Source: Enoplolaimus lenunculus (lineage: Eukaryota). Taken from it: DNA of 64,000 nt. Where the stretch lies: NCBI GenBank assembly GCA_030248215.1, contig JASANG010000266.1, positions 1 to 64,000 of the forward strand. The letters run 5' to 3'. Below the pieces are notes generated by a model. That model made no database searches, was not told where the DNA came from, and saw only the letters and a list, made by a program, of their open reading frames with translations. The position numbers and the translations under genes are program-made. Shown here one piece after another: positions 40,214-51,900 of this stretch. Numbering within the stretch: position 1 is the first letter of the stretch; every line of letters begins with the position of its first letter.

Positions 40214-40849
40214 GTCGCGATAAGCATTTCATAAAACACGCCTTAAAACGGAAAATTTCGAAACAGTTCCAAAACCGGAAAAATTTGGATACGTAGCTGA
40301 AGATCGGCCATAGTTTTGGAAAACGAGTTGGCCCATATTACTTATATAGTGTTAATAACGAAACTTTACCAGTGGATTTCGAAAACTGTTTCCCATACGT
40401 TGGCGTAGGCAGACACAAAATAAGACATCGTAAAGTTTAAAGAATGTCATCTTAACCACTTCTCACCTAGAGTTAAGCAACTGTGGTCAATGTATGTATA
40501 CAGCAATAATTCTCAATACACTGTGTATATACAACGAGTATACGCGGTATAAAATATCCACTGACGTGAGAGCCCCCTCGGGTTCGATCGTCAAGCTCCT
40601 TTAGCTGACTAATGGCAAACGCTTCTCACTCCAATCTGAGGTTCTAGTCTTAGCATAAAAGTAAGTCTGAGAAGAAATAGAAAATATCCATGTAAAATAG
40701 GCAATAAGGTTAAAGACAACATTTAAAAATCCCTAAATCGTGTCTCAAACAATTTAAACCCGAATATTTTTATATTCAAGTTATGAATTTATGCTTGAAC
40801 TTCTATGTCTAGGTCGACATCCGTGGAGAGATGTGGGCGGAGGTACGGA

Positions 40850-41220
40850 ATCTCGACCCCTAGGAATTTATACAGAAACTGGTCTATCGTATAGATCTCG
40901 ATGAGTTGAGTTCAACGGTACTACTTTTATGGCTGCAAGGCCAACGGTTCAAAAGCTATAACCCTCGAAACTATAGCACAAACACGCACAGATTGAAAGA
41001 AAAAGTATCTACCAGTCACATGTTCGTAAAGTATAAGTTTTACCATGTTTATTCGTTTTACAAATTTGGTTGGCGTTTGTACGTTATATATATAGTGAAA
41101 AGTTGAACTTTAAAGGCCATAACTTTTGAACCGGGGGTCCTGCAACCTTAAAATGGTACTACTGAACTCAGCTCGTCAAAATCTATAAAATAACCTGTTT
41201 TTCATTAAATCCCTATGGGG
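40850..41220. mobile_element. Long-TIR (fold-back) non-autonomous element
   Basis: ATAGATCTCGATGAGTTGAGTTCAACGGTAC...CGGTTCAAAAGCTATA is mirrored by ATAACTTTTGAACCG...TACTGAACTCAGCTCGTCAAAATCTAT. Related fragments at ~48900-49030 and ~51180-51400. Confidence 0.6.
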
Positions 41221-42029
41221 ATCACATTTAGCATCTGCGCCGAGTTCTGTTTCCCCATTTTACGTTGGGCATCTTCAGCTTACGCTTGACAACAAATGTT
41301 TAATAATCGTTCATTCTCAGACATACATGCTTGGTACCACAAAATAAGTGGCTAAGAAGCCCAAAACTATGAGCAAACCGAGCCTATGTAAGAAAAATAC
41401 ATCATTGTACCGTGAATACAAAAAATAACAATACAAAGGCAACCAAATATATATGAATATAAAAACAAATAGAATACGATCACGCAATACAGTAAGATAC
41501 AACGTTGGCAAAAATAAGGCCTCGTCATTTGCAGCCAAAATATAGCGAAACCATTACTTCAGAGAATGTAAATCAAAATAGTAAAATATAATAATGCGCT
41601 ACGGTGTTTTACGGCACTCTGTAAATAGGAACGCCATGTTTAGACATGGAAGTAATTCAAAAATGATTCTTTATTAAATTCTAACACTGCCTAAACGAGT
41701 ACAACCGACTGCCAAATTTGCACAAACAATGTTACTTTTCATTGAGTTACTATTATTGGGGTGCAGATTGCGTACGTTCACTGTTTTCCACTGTGGGAGC
41801 CGTGTAAAAGTTGCCTACATTCCGTAGTTTCACCGTATTTCGGCGGCAATCTCCGTACGAAGTTGTATTAAGGGCGTCTCTAACCAATAATGTTCAGTTT
41901 TCCAAAACAATACAAACAAACATAACACGAGTTGTAATAGCTGTATTATATTTTACAATCTACATACAAACATTCATATATCTTAGTATACATTGAGTGG
42001 AAAACATAATAAGTAACATGCGCGTTAAT

Positions 42030-42101
42030 TCCCAAGTGGTCTAGTGGTTAGGATTCGTGGCTCTCACCCACGCGGCCCGGGTTCGATTCCCGGCTTGGGA
42101 A
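42030..42101 (+). tRNA. tRNA-Glu (anticodon CTC)
   Basis: TCCCAAG/CTTGGGA acceptor stem, anticodon stem-loop CGTGG-CTCTCAC-CCACG, T-arm CCGGG-TTCGATT-CCCGG, A and B boxes, TTTT run 4 nt downstream. Matches the general eukaryotic tRNA-Glu pattern. Confidence 0.95.
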
Positions 42102-42159
42102 GCGTTTTGGAAAGATCATCAATTGCAAATTGGGCGTAAACGATTTTGGGACGGGGATG

Positions 42160-42274
42160 CAGGGTGGAACCGAATCCACGATTTGACCGAATCCGTTGGA
42201 TTCGGCTTTTCCACAAACGAATCCGAACCTCAAACTTTTGCCGACTCCGAATCCGAACCTTTGTTGCCACCCTG
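42160..42274. mobile_element. Small hAT-type MITE with CCGAAT repeats
   Basis: CAGGGTGG...CCACCCTG ends; TSD CGGGGATG/CGGGGAGG. Confidence 0.7.
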
Positions 42275-42292
42275 CGGGGAGGACCTACTATT

Positions 42293-42327
42293 AAGTGGTC
42301 TAGTGGTTAGGATTCGTGGCTCTCACC
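42293..42327 (+). pseudogene. Exact 35-nt partial copy of the 5' half of the adjacent tRNA-Glu
   Basis: AAGTGGTCTAGTGGTTAGGATTCGTGGCTCTCACC is identical to the tRNA at 42034-42068. No T-arm follows. Confidence 0.85.
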
Positions 42328-42991
42328 GGGCCCTTACCTTTTTAAAATTTTTGATTAAATTTCCCAGAGAATGCCTCGCAACCTTCCTGGCTATGCCCTG
42401 ACTGACAAAAGTTTATTTTCTATATCTGGTCTCGAGACATTGGTAAAGATCATTTAGAAACTTTGGCGTTGCACAACAAAGTTTCTATCTCAAATAATCG
42501 ATACGTTTAAGATGCAATGCGAACTTCCTGCTAGAAATATGGATCCTCCATTGTCCCCCAAACAATATTTTACGCACCCGCTCACTAGAGTCAACCAATA
42601 TTTTGCACTAAGAATATTCCATAAATTCAGTGATTACTAAAAGCAACAAGGCCGCATTTACGTTGGCGAAGGGTTCAACGTAGCGGTACGAAAATTTATT
42701 CAGCACCGTTAAAAGTGTTATAAGGAAGGGCTGCGCCCACGCTCGCCGTTTGGCGCCGCCCGCCACCCACCATGCAGTTTCGCAAAAGCTCAAAAACTTA
42801 ATTTTTATGAAACATGCGGTTCCGCACGTTGCCGGACACCGCGTGTATCACATCTTAAATTCACTGACATATGTGATACACGGTGCCGCAGTAGTATAGC
42901 ACAACGCTAAAATCAGCAGTATTTTCTCTGTCCATCTCTCGTTGGCTGCTCTGTTAAACAATTCCGGGTCATGGTGTGTTGCCAAGGAACA

Positions 42992-45900
42992 TTACGCAAT
43001 CGTTGAATTTGGTAATACATCAACAGTATCGTTGACAATTGTAGGATCATTTGGATGAACTATCGCAGTTGCAGCTGAAGTTGTGTCATTTTGACCCATT
43101 GGATAACTTCCTGGCGCATCCGTATTAAACGATGATGTTCCATCAATTGTAGGTTGTTGTGGCATCATCGCTTAAATTACAAAAACGTTCTACCTGTTCC
43201 TACTCTTGTTATGTTTATCAGGGGTAAAACTCGGCATGTTTTTGCCAGACAACTCCAACTTAGCTTGCGTATGTATGGATTGTGCATTTGAATGCGCAGT
43301 GCTAGATATCCTATACAATATATGTAGAAAAATAGTTACGTATTCCAATAATTTCCACAACCATTTGGGATAACAAGGCCATCTACTCTTGCTTTTACAT
43401 ATACTCAGTGCGGGCCCGTAGCCAATGGAAGGCCAGGAGTGCTCAGCCCCCCCTGGAAAATTTTGAGCCCCTAGAAAGTTTTCAACCTTGCTTGTAACTC
43501 AATGAAAACACTTGAATGCCCCCATGAAAATTTTTTAGCCCCTTAACAAGGTGAGCTGGCTACGGGCCTGTCTCAGTGGTCCATTCAACGTTTAATGTTG
43601 TTCCCATTTCTCATTGACATGATACATATGTCGTAGGTCAATCTGCTATTCAGGCCAGTCTGCCATTTTCCGCAATAGCAGTTTCGCCTAGCCTAAACTG
43701 CTATCAAACTTATATACCAATCAGATTTCTTATTTTGACAGCAGCAGTACCGTTAACCAATCATCGTGTGGTTTTACATCACTGTTATTTTGCCTACATC
43801 TTACAATCGCTATTTTGGCCTACGCCAATCCGCTATTTGCTCAGCATAGCAGATTGGCCTTGGCCAATTAGTAATTGGCCTGAATAGCAGATTGGCCTAC
43901 GACACATGAGTTTATAAAGATACGTAAAGCGTCCAATTTTAACGGAATGGTGAGGCTGGGACCCCGTTACTCCGCAAAGGGGGCTCAGTCAAAGTGCCTC
44001 GGAAAATGTTTTGATTACACTCGCAGAAAATTTGTCTAAATTCTAAGAATTTCAAACCCTTAAGATGCCCTAAAAAAACCATCAAATCTTTACGGTTACG
44101 CAAAATATATTCCACTTCAAATAAATATTTGGAATATATTTTCTTTTAAAAAATGCTTCTTCTAAGAACAACACTGGGCGCCTGAGTGAAAAATAAGTTG
44201 CCCCGGTGGATTAAATATTACCTTCTTAATGAAGCATCCTTTGTGGGCCTCATTGGTTCTTAGAGGGTCGCGGTATCCCGTACGGTGGGAGCGCGCGAGG
44301 CATAGTCTCGGCCGTGTTTTAAAGTTAAACTAATTCAAGTCTGCTTGATCTGCACTCACAACATGATCGTTTTAGATAACAGTATGTACTTATACAAGGG
44401 AGGGATAGAAAATATATACGCCCTTCCAAAATTTCAGAAGAGCGAAGATTAAGCGCAACTAAAATCCTCTAGAATAACTTTCTGGTTCCTAGAAGGCAAA
44501 AAAACGTTTTCTTTTACATGAGTCCCGAACTGAAATCCTGCCTACGTTTCTAGCTGACTCTTCTATTAACAATTTCTGGTTGTGAGACATTGAAGGTTAT
44601 ACCCGTTTGAACACGTACTTCACTCGAAACACTTACGTTGTCCATCACCAGTATGTTCGTCACTAAAATACGACGTCTTTGCCGTTGACCAATACGCTGC
44701 TCGTGCTGCTGCTTCAGCAACTGGATTGCCTACAGGGTTAAATAGCCACGGATGTCCTGTGGAACCCATCGTAGGCAGAAACGGAGGTGGAAACAATGTA
44801 TCACCTTGAACAGAAATCGCGGACCCCAACGACGGTATAAATGGTGAATGTTGAGGTATATAGGGATGCACTGGAGCGAGTGAGTACGGCACGGAAGACG
44901 CTGGAGGCAGAAATACAGGCGTACCAGAGAATGGTGTTCCTGTGGTGGCAGGTAACGGCTGAGGTGGTAACGGAACTGGTACTGGTGCAACCATCGAACC
45001 TAGAAATAAATGCAAGGCGTGAAATGGACTATATAGCCACGCCGGCCTTGTAGCCAGCTCACCTGATAGAGAGATGCTCAAAATTATTAGAATGGGTATA
45101 CAAAAATTTACGGTGGCTTAGGTTGAAACTTTTTAGGCGTATCAAAGTTTGCCTACGGGGACTGAGTCCATCATGACCCCTTGTGGCTATTAGACCATGT
45201 ATAGCAAAGTACAAAACATAAGCGATACACATAATGCAACCGGAAGCGAAGAATATCGCGCGCAGCAAAAATAAAATAAGTTTTAACATTGATACTGAAT
45301 TCGATAATTTTAACACCAGTCTTTCTATGAAGTTTCTTCGAAAATTTTCATTCTAAAAGCTACTGCTTGAAAACATGCCCGCCCGGCAATCTCAAATATC
45401 CACAAAACTATCGAAAACATGCAATTAAAACCATTGAACGAAACAACTTTCAAAAAATCAAAAAAAAACACTGGATGTTCCTTTAATACTGGGCGCGGAC
45501 GTCAAGTTGTCTTTTGGCGGACAACAGCGTTACGGTTATTAAATACGTAACTACGCGCAATACATATCCCGTCGAAATTGATAAAAGTACTTTAATAAAA
45601 ATTTCCTCCATTTACAGCCGTTGTTAACTAACGCAATGCATTCATGGACAGAAAAATTATTCTAACCGAGTACATTCTTTGAACTAAAACGTTGAATACA
45701 GTCGTGTTCTGTAATAAACATATATTTACATGGATTCATTCGAATTACGTAAGTTATCAGTTACACGTTCGACAGAATTATTTAACTGTCCGGCTGGGCG
45801 ACCCAGGGGCTGCTAAAACTAAACGGGTAAAAATAGAGTCAGGCCGGAACCGCTCGTTAGAAATCACTAGCAAGCAACAATATATTAAAATTGTAAACAA

Positions 45901-48900
45901 TCAACAACAGCAAGCAGTAAAGTCGGTGGTTATTACTACGATCACAGGTAGCATATAACTTGTAATTCACGGATGCAGCACTCAGTGTCGCTTCTTGTGG
46001 CCGCGATGTTAAGCACTGGCGTTACTCTTGAGTCAGGAACGATTAATCACAATTTCACTTTGCGTTAACGCTACGAAACACCCGATATGGGAGCCGAAGT
46101 CAACATTCACTAATGTTGACTCCTTTGATAGTACGTGTTAAAAAATTTATAACACCGCCTTTTGAATTTTCCATAATCCAGGCATGCCAGAGTTCTGCCA
46201 CTGGCGGATTGAACGAATGGCCGACAACGCCTAGATTCTTCAACAGGGATGGATCAGAAGCAAAATCTTGCGCTAAGATTCAGTACCTACTAAATTTATA
46301 TTTGGCTTATCGCTCTTGATTCTTGAGATTTTTTTCCACTATTATATATAACGCAACCTTGCTCGTGAGAAATTTCTAGATCCTCCACGGCATTTTACGT
46401 GTTTCATCAGTCTGAATTAATGCTTAGGCTCAAGTAAGTCCTTTCCTAAAGCTACCCCCTGGAAAAATTTTTGCCCCCAAGAAAATTTTCAACCTTGCTT
46501 GCAAGTCCCTAAAAACCCTTGAATGCCCCTCCTAAAAAATTCTTAGCCCCCATAGCAAGGTGAGCTGGCTACGGGCCTGGGGTGAGCTGGCTACAGGCCT
46601 GCCTTCACCTAAGCTTGAATCAGTCTAAGTGTAGAGGAAAAGTGTACATGTACAGAATCCATAAAATGATCAAAAATTACCTTTACTCTTGAGAGACTCC
46701 CAGAATACATCCTTCGACATCGTGGGTGTCACTTGTGTATTTATTGCTTGCTTACTGTTAATTGAATCATTAATTTGGCAATAATCGCCGTATTCCGTAT
46801 TCTCAGCATTATGAGATACAACAGTCGGTTGTGTTACGGTACTGAAAGCTTGTCCATTGTTTTTGTTCTTGCTGTGGGCCTCGTTTGTGATTAGTTGATC
46901 GTGTTTGTCGGCACCCGTTTTAACGAACTCCTTACTGGTCGTCTTAATCACAGTTTTGTTTGACTGATTACTGTGCTGACTTGTCATTGGCTGGGAGCTA
47001 TTTTGATGACTTGTGATTGGCTGGAATTTGTTTTGTTGCACTGTGATTGGTTTAATATTAGTCTGCTGCTTTGCGATTGGATGAAAGGTACTTTGTTGAC
47101 ATGTGATTGGCTTGACACCAATTTGTTGCAACGTTATTGTCTGATTGTTACTTGGCTCGTGTGTGATTGGCTGGCAGGCGCCGTGTGAATTTACGTTCAG
47201 CTGAAAGTGACTTTGTAAGTTTGTATTTTCCTCGAAGTTACCCGTATCATTTGTTGGCTGGAAGTTACTCTGATGATGGACTGTGTTTGACTGATAATTA
47301 TTCACGGAATGCTGTATTGCCAAAACGTTTTTAACACATTTTGTACACGACATACTATTATTATTACGTTGAAAATCACTGAGATCACTGCTATTACACG
47401 TTTGGCAGTTTACCTGAGACTGCGATGCATTTGACGCAATGATTGGTTGAGTATAACAACCGTTCACTTGTTTCAACTCCGAAACTATGCTACTTTGTTG
47501 ACAGTTTGAACTTTGTCGAGTCAAAATTGACGAATTGAAAGCCACCGGTCCAACACTAACAGCTTCAGTAATGCATAAATTGTCATGTCGAGATCCTTGC
47601 TTAGTATTAGAATATGTGTTTGCATCAGAACAAATCTGAACCACAGGCAGTGGTGTCATCTGGTTACCAGTATTTTCAAACAAGTTGGGTGCTACTTGGC
47701 GACAACTTCGCACATTTTGATCTCGAATAAGTTGAGCAACGGAAGTGTCTGGTATATAATACTGAGAACCAAGATTGCCCTCGAACGATTGACCACTATG
47801 AGGTGATGTGTTTTTACTTAATGTTGTACTGTTTGAGCTGTCGATGCCTAAAACAAGTTTGTGATTTGGCATAATATAAAATTTAATTGTTTATTAAAAA
47901 AGAAATATATTTTATTAACACCCAGCTTTTGCCTGCATTTTGGATTATAATTCATTAACTTATGAAAAAAGTTGTATCCAAAATAGATAAATAGCAACAT
48001 TTCAGAGACTTTAAGTCTGAAGCATCTAAATGTGCCGCCTACAGGGTGCAGCTAAAATTTTGGTTTCTGTAGAGAAATTCAGTATATTTCAGAATCCGAA
48101 TTCGCGCATAAAGTCCGATAGTTTGTCACTGGATTTTCGTGTATTCTCGGTGATAATCAACCATTTTAAGTTCCAATTCAAAAATTAACGTTGAACTTGT
48201 TTGACGATTTTTTTGTTCCAATTTCATCGACGCTAGCAAAATCTTAAAATTTTACAGAAAGATAAATATTCCATTGACATCCAGTGAACTTGTGCCAATT
48301 TCGGAACTGGCCGTCCATTTTTCGCCCAATGTCAAACTGAACTCAGATATTTTAACCAAATCAGAAGAAGATATCCCTATTATCGGTCGAATGAATACGT
48401 CTTTAATTGGCAATGAGATCCTTAGCAACTGTAGTTACATTGAAAACGATGCTTGAGAATTTGTTATCATCGGCAAAAATTTAGGAGACTGATTATAATT
48501 AAACAAACGATATAATATGCTGATTGTAATCAACAGGTAATGTAAGCAAGCAAGCAAGGATAGCGCAATTTACATACAACTAGAGGTGTGTTATTAATGT
48601 GAATTATTTTCTATAGTTCAATTAGCCCATGTATAGAACACGGCCGTAACAGTAGTATAAGCATATTCCTAAGCCTACGCCTAAGCGTAAGCCTACGCCT
48701 ACGCCTAAGCGTATGGATGAGCCTAAGCGTATGGATGAGCCTATTCCTAAGCCCAAGCCTAAGCCTACGCAAAAAAGTTAGTCTAAAGCTTAAACTTATT
48801 CTATTACAGCGACGCCGGAAAACGATCCGACCTTGTTGTATACATGGGTCGTTCAATTTATTCAGCAAACTCAAACAGATGAATATGCCCGGCGGAGGTT

Positions 48901-51900
48901 GGTGCGGAATATGGACCCCTCCAAGAATTTAATGAAAAATAGTTTATTTTATAATCTTCGACGCGATGCGTTCAGCGGTAGCATTTTTAGGGCGGCAGGT
49001 CAGGACCCCCGGTTCAAAAGTTCGCCCAGATTCCAAACCCCTCTGCGAAACGCCAATATGTCACATACCAATATCTAACACTTCAATATCCACCACGGCA
49101 ACAAATTGAAAACAATTAAATATCAGAAAAAACAAAAAATTCAGTTAATGTATATGTCGTAGGTCAATCTGCTATTCAAACCAATTACCAATTGACACAG
49201 GCCAATCTGCTATTCGAAGCAAATATATAGCAGTTTGGGCAAGGCCAATTTGCGATTGTGAGATTTCGCAAAACAAGACTGATGTAATACCAACGCGGAT
49301 TGGTTAACGGTATTGCGTCTGTCCAAATAATCAAATCATTGGTCTATCAGTTTAATATCAGTTTAGCCTTGGCGAAACTGCAATTACTCAAAATAGCACA
49401 ATGGCCTAGGCCAATTAGTAATTGGCCTGATTAGCAGATGGGCCTACGACATATACGTATAGTTTTAGACAAGTGACACGCATCATATGACCAATAATGT
49501 GACTACGCCATTCTAACAATAACAGTTGCCCAAAAAATTAAACGAATTGCGGGTAAGCAGGGTCGCAGCAAGAGATAAGGCGGAGAGTGCCGTCCATTCT
49601 CGGTTAAGTCGTTGCATTAGCTGTTGCGCGCATCTTTGCAGGCAAGCAAAATATGTTGTCCGGTCCAGATTAACACCGAAACCAAAAACGGCGCCTGAAC
49701 GGGTCAACGCTATTTTCCAAATTTGTCCACCATGGAGATGTTCCTCCGGATATGCTTGCAAATTACGCAAAATCGAGTACGGTCCCATTTGAACCAGGGT
49801 GCAACCGGAATTCCGGTTCCGGTTCCGGCATTTTTTCACCTTCCGGTTCCGGCGGTTCCGGTAAATTTTTACCGGATTTAAAAATTCCGGTATTATAATT
49901 TGGCCGTTTTCTTAACTTTGCTAATTTTTAAGAATCTCTTTTGAAAGCCACTTGTACTTCGAATATAAGCCATTGATGGTGGATTTCACTTCAGTCGATG
50001 ATGAAAATCTAAAATACAACAAATAAAATAAAACCTATGTTCGACTAAGGTTATTTCACAAATAATAGAGCAAAAAATAAGATTAAAATGAAATTTTTGG
50101 TGAAATGCATTTTTCATTTTCCGGTTCCGGTCCCGGTTCCGGTAAAATTTTCAAATTCCGGTTCCGGTTCCGGTAAATTGTAATTCCGGTTGCACCCTGA
50201 TTTGAACTATTTCGGCCCCATTTGAACTATTTCGGCCCCATTTGAACTATTTTGGCCCCATTTAAATTAAATTGGGATGGCTCTTACAAAGACCCCTGAT
50301 CGTAATTTTTTTCTATTTATACGCTTACCGCCAGAAACAAAAGGAACAACCGAGTGCTGTGCACCGGCAGCTGGTGTAAATGCGCCAAGTTGTTGCAGAA
50401 CATTGCACGCAGCAATTTCACGAGCTTCGTCAGAGCTAGGAGACAGTCTTGGCAAGTAAAACATGCCTCGCGAAGGCATTAAACCAGGAACGATTACCTG
50501 AAATTAGTGCAACTTAAAAATACACTAACCTTTGTATATCATACTATTATGCAACTTTATTCATCAAAACTGTCATAAGCGAGGTTTGTGCTACTTTATA
50601 AATATAAGGGCAGCGCTCCTACATGGTTTCCGCCTATTTCTAATTCAAAAAGCGGAAGTATTGGTCGTGTTGACGGACCCGGGCAATCTTACAATACGCC
50701 GTGCTTTTTCTCATTGTAAACGTACAATATTGATCAATTTGAATAAAAATCAATTAATATCGTTTCTGTAAGCTGTGTTTTCTTGCATGAGTTTACTCAA
50801 AACGAATTGGTTGGGAATAAATTTTGCAAACTAAAGTTTTTGTCACTCAACTTCCTCCGATCATTCCACACCAAAATTTGAATTTTGAACAAATTCTATT
50901 TTGGACGTTAAACGGTTTACAACAGAAAAACCTATTAAATTACCGTATATCCATACATCGATATTCTATCATCACTTTTTTTATCACTAGCATTCGTGCC
51001 AGCGGTCTGTTGTACTGGTAAATGTTGTATTTCGCTTCTTGGAACCCGAGCATTTTGCGGCTGATACACTGGTTCACCCCAACGATGATGGACGCAAAAA
51101 TCTCGCAGAATCTGCAATTTTTAACCAAAACGCTGTTAAATGCTTATGGCGGACGTACGAAATACGAACCGCTGTAATAATTTAATGAAAAATAGTTTAT
51201 TTGGTAGATCTCGACACACTGAGTTCAACAGTACAATTTTAAGGGCTGTAGCCCAATGAATTAACCTGGTAACGCTGATATTTTACGAATATACTTTCTC
51301 TACAAATCTGTGTGTGTTTACACTATAATTTCGTGGGACATAGATTTGAACCGTTGATCACGCAGCCATAACAGTGGTGTGCCGATAAACTCAGTTCATA
51401 CCACTTTTGGCCCATGTTACTTTAAGGAGCGTTCAGGTTCCTGGTGGGACTATAAAAGAGTATATTTAGATTATTGATTACATTTTTTGCTTAGGCTTAG
51501 GCTTAGGCGTAGAACAACATTTTTGCAACGCTTAGGCTTAGGAATACGCTTAATCTACTGTTACGCACCTTAAAGTAACATTGGCCTCACTTTTTATTAA
51601 CTTCCCAGGGGGTCCAGATTACGTATCTCCGTGAGTATTTTGATTAAGTTTCAATGTCTAAATCTTAACCAGAGGAAAAGAATAAAACTACCGCAGACGT
51701 AACGCGGAACTCGGCAGAATTGTAGCCAATCCTCAAAATCCCAAAACATTACAGCCATTGCCAAACAGACGTGCTAGGTATATATACCAGTCGTAGTGGG
51801 ACTACATTTATTGAGCGAAGCTCGAACACACGTAAGCAATTAAGGTAATATGCAAATTATCTATTAGCTAACTATTCGATAATCGCCTTTAAAGGTTTGT

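Noticed and set aside
48080..48480. Protein-like frames in the intron upstream of the large exon
   Set aside because: Stops in the relevant frames, no recognisable domain and no phase-compatible exon found.
48611..48932. Arg/Leu- and Ser/Leu-rich ORFs
   Set aside because: Translations of the degenerate GCCTAA repeat.
51690..51775. Possible extra minus-strand exon before the dsRBD exon
   Set aside because: Its phase is incompatible, and the flanking exons already join in frame.
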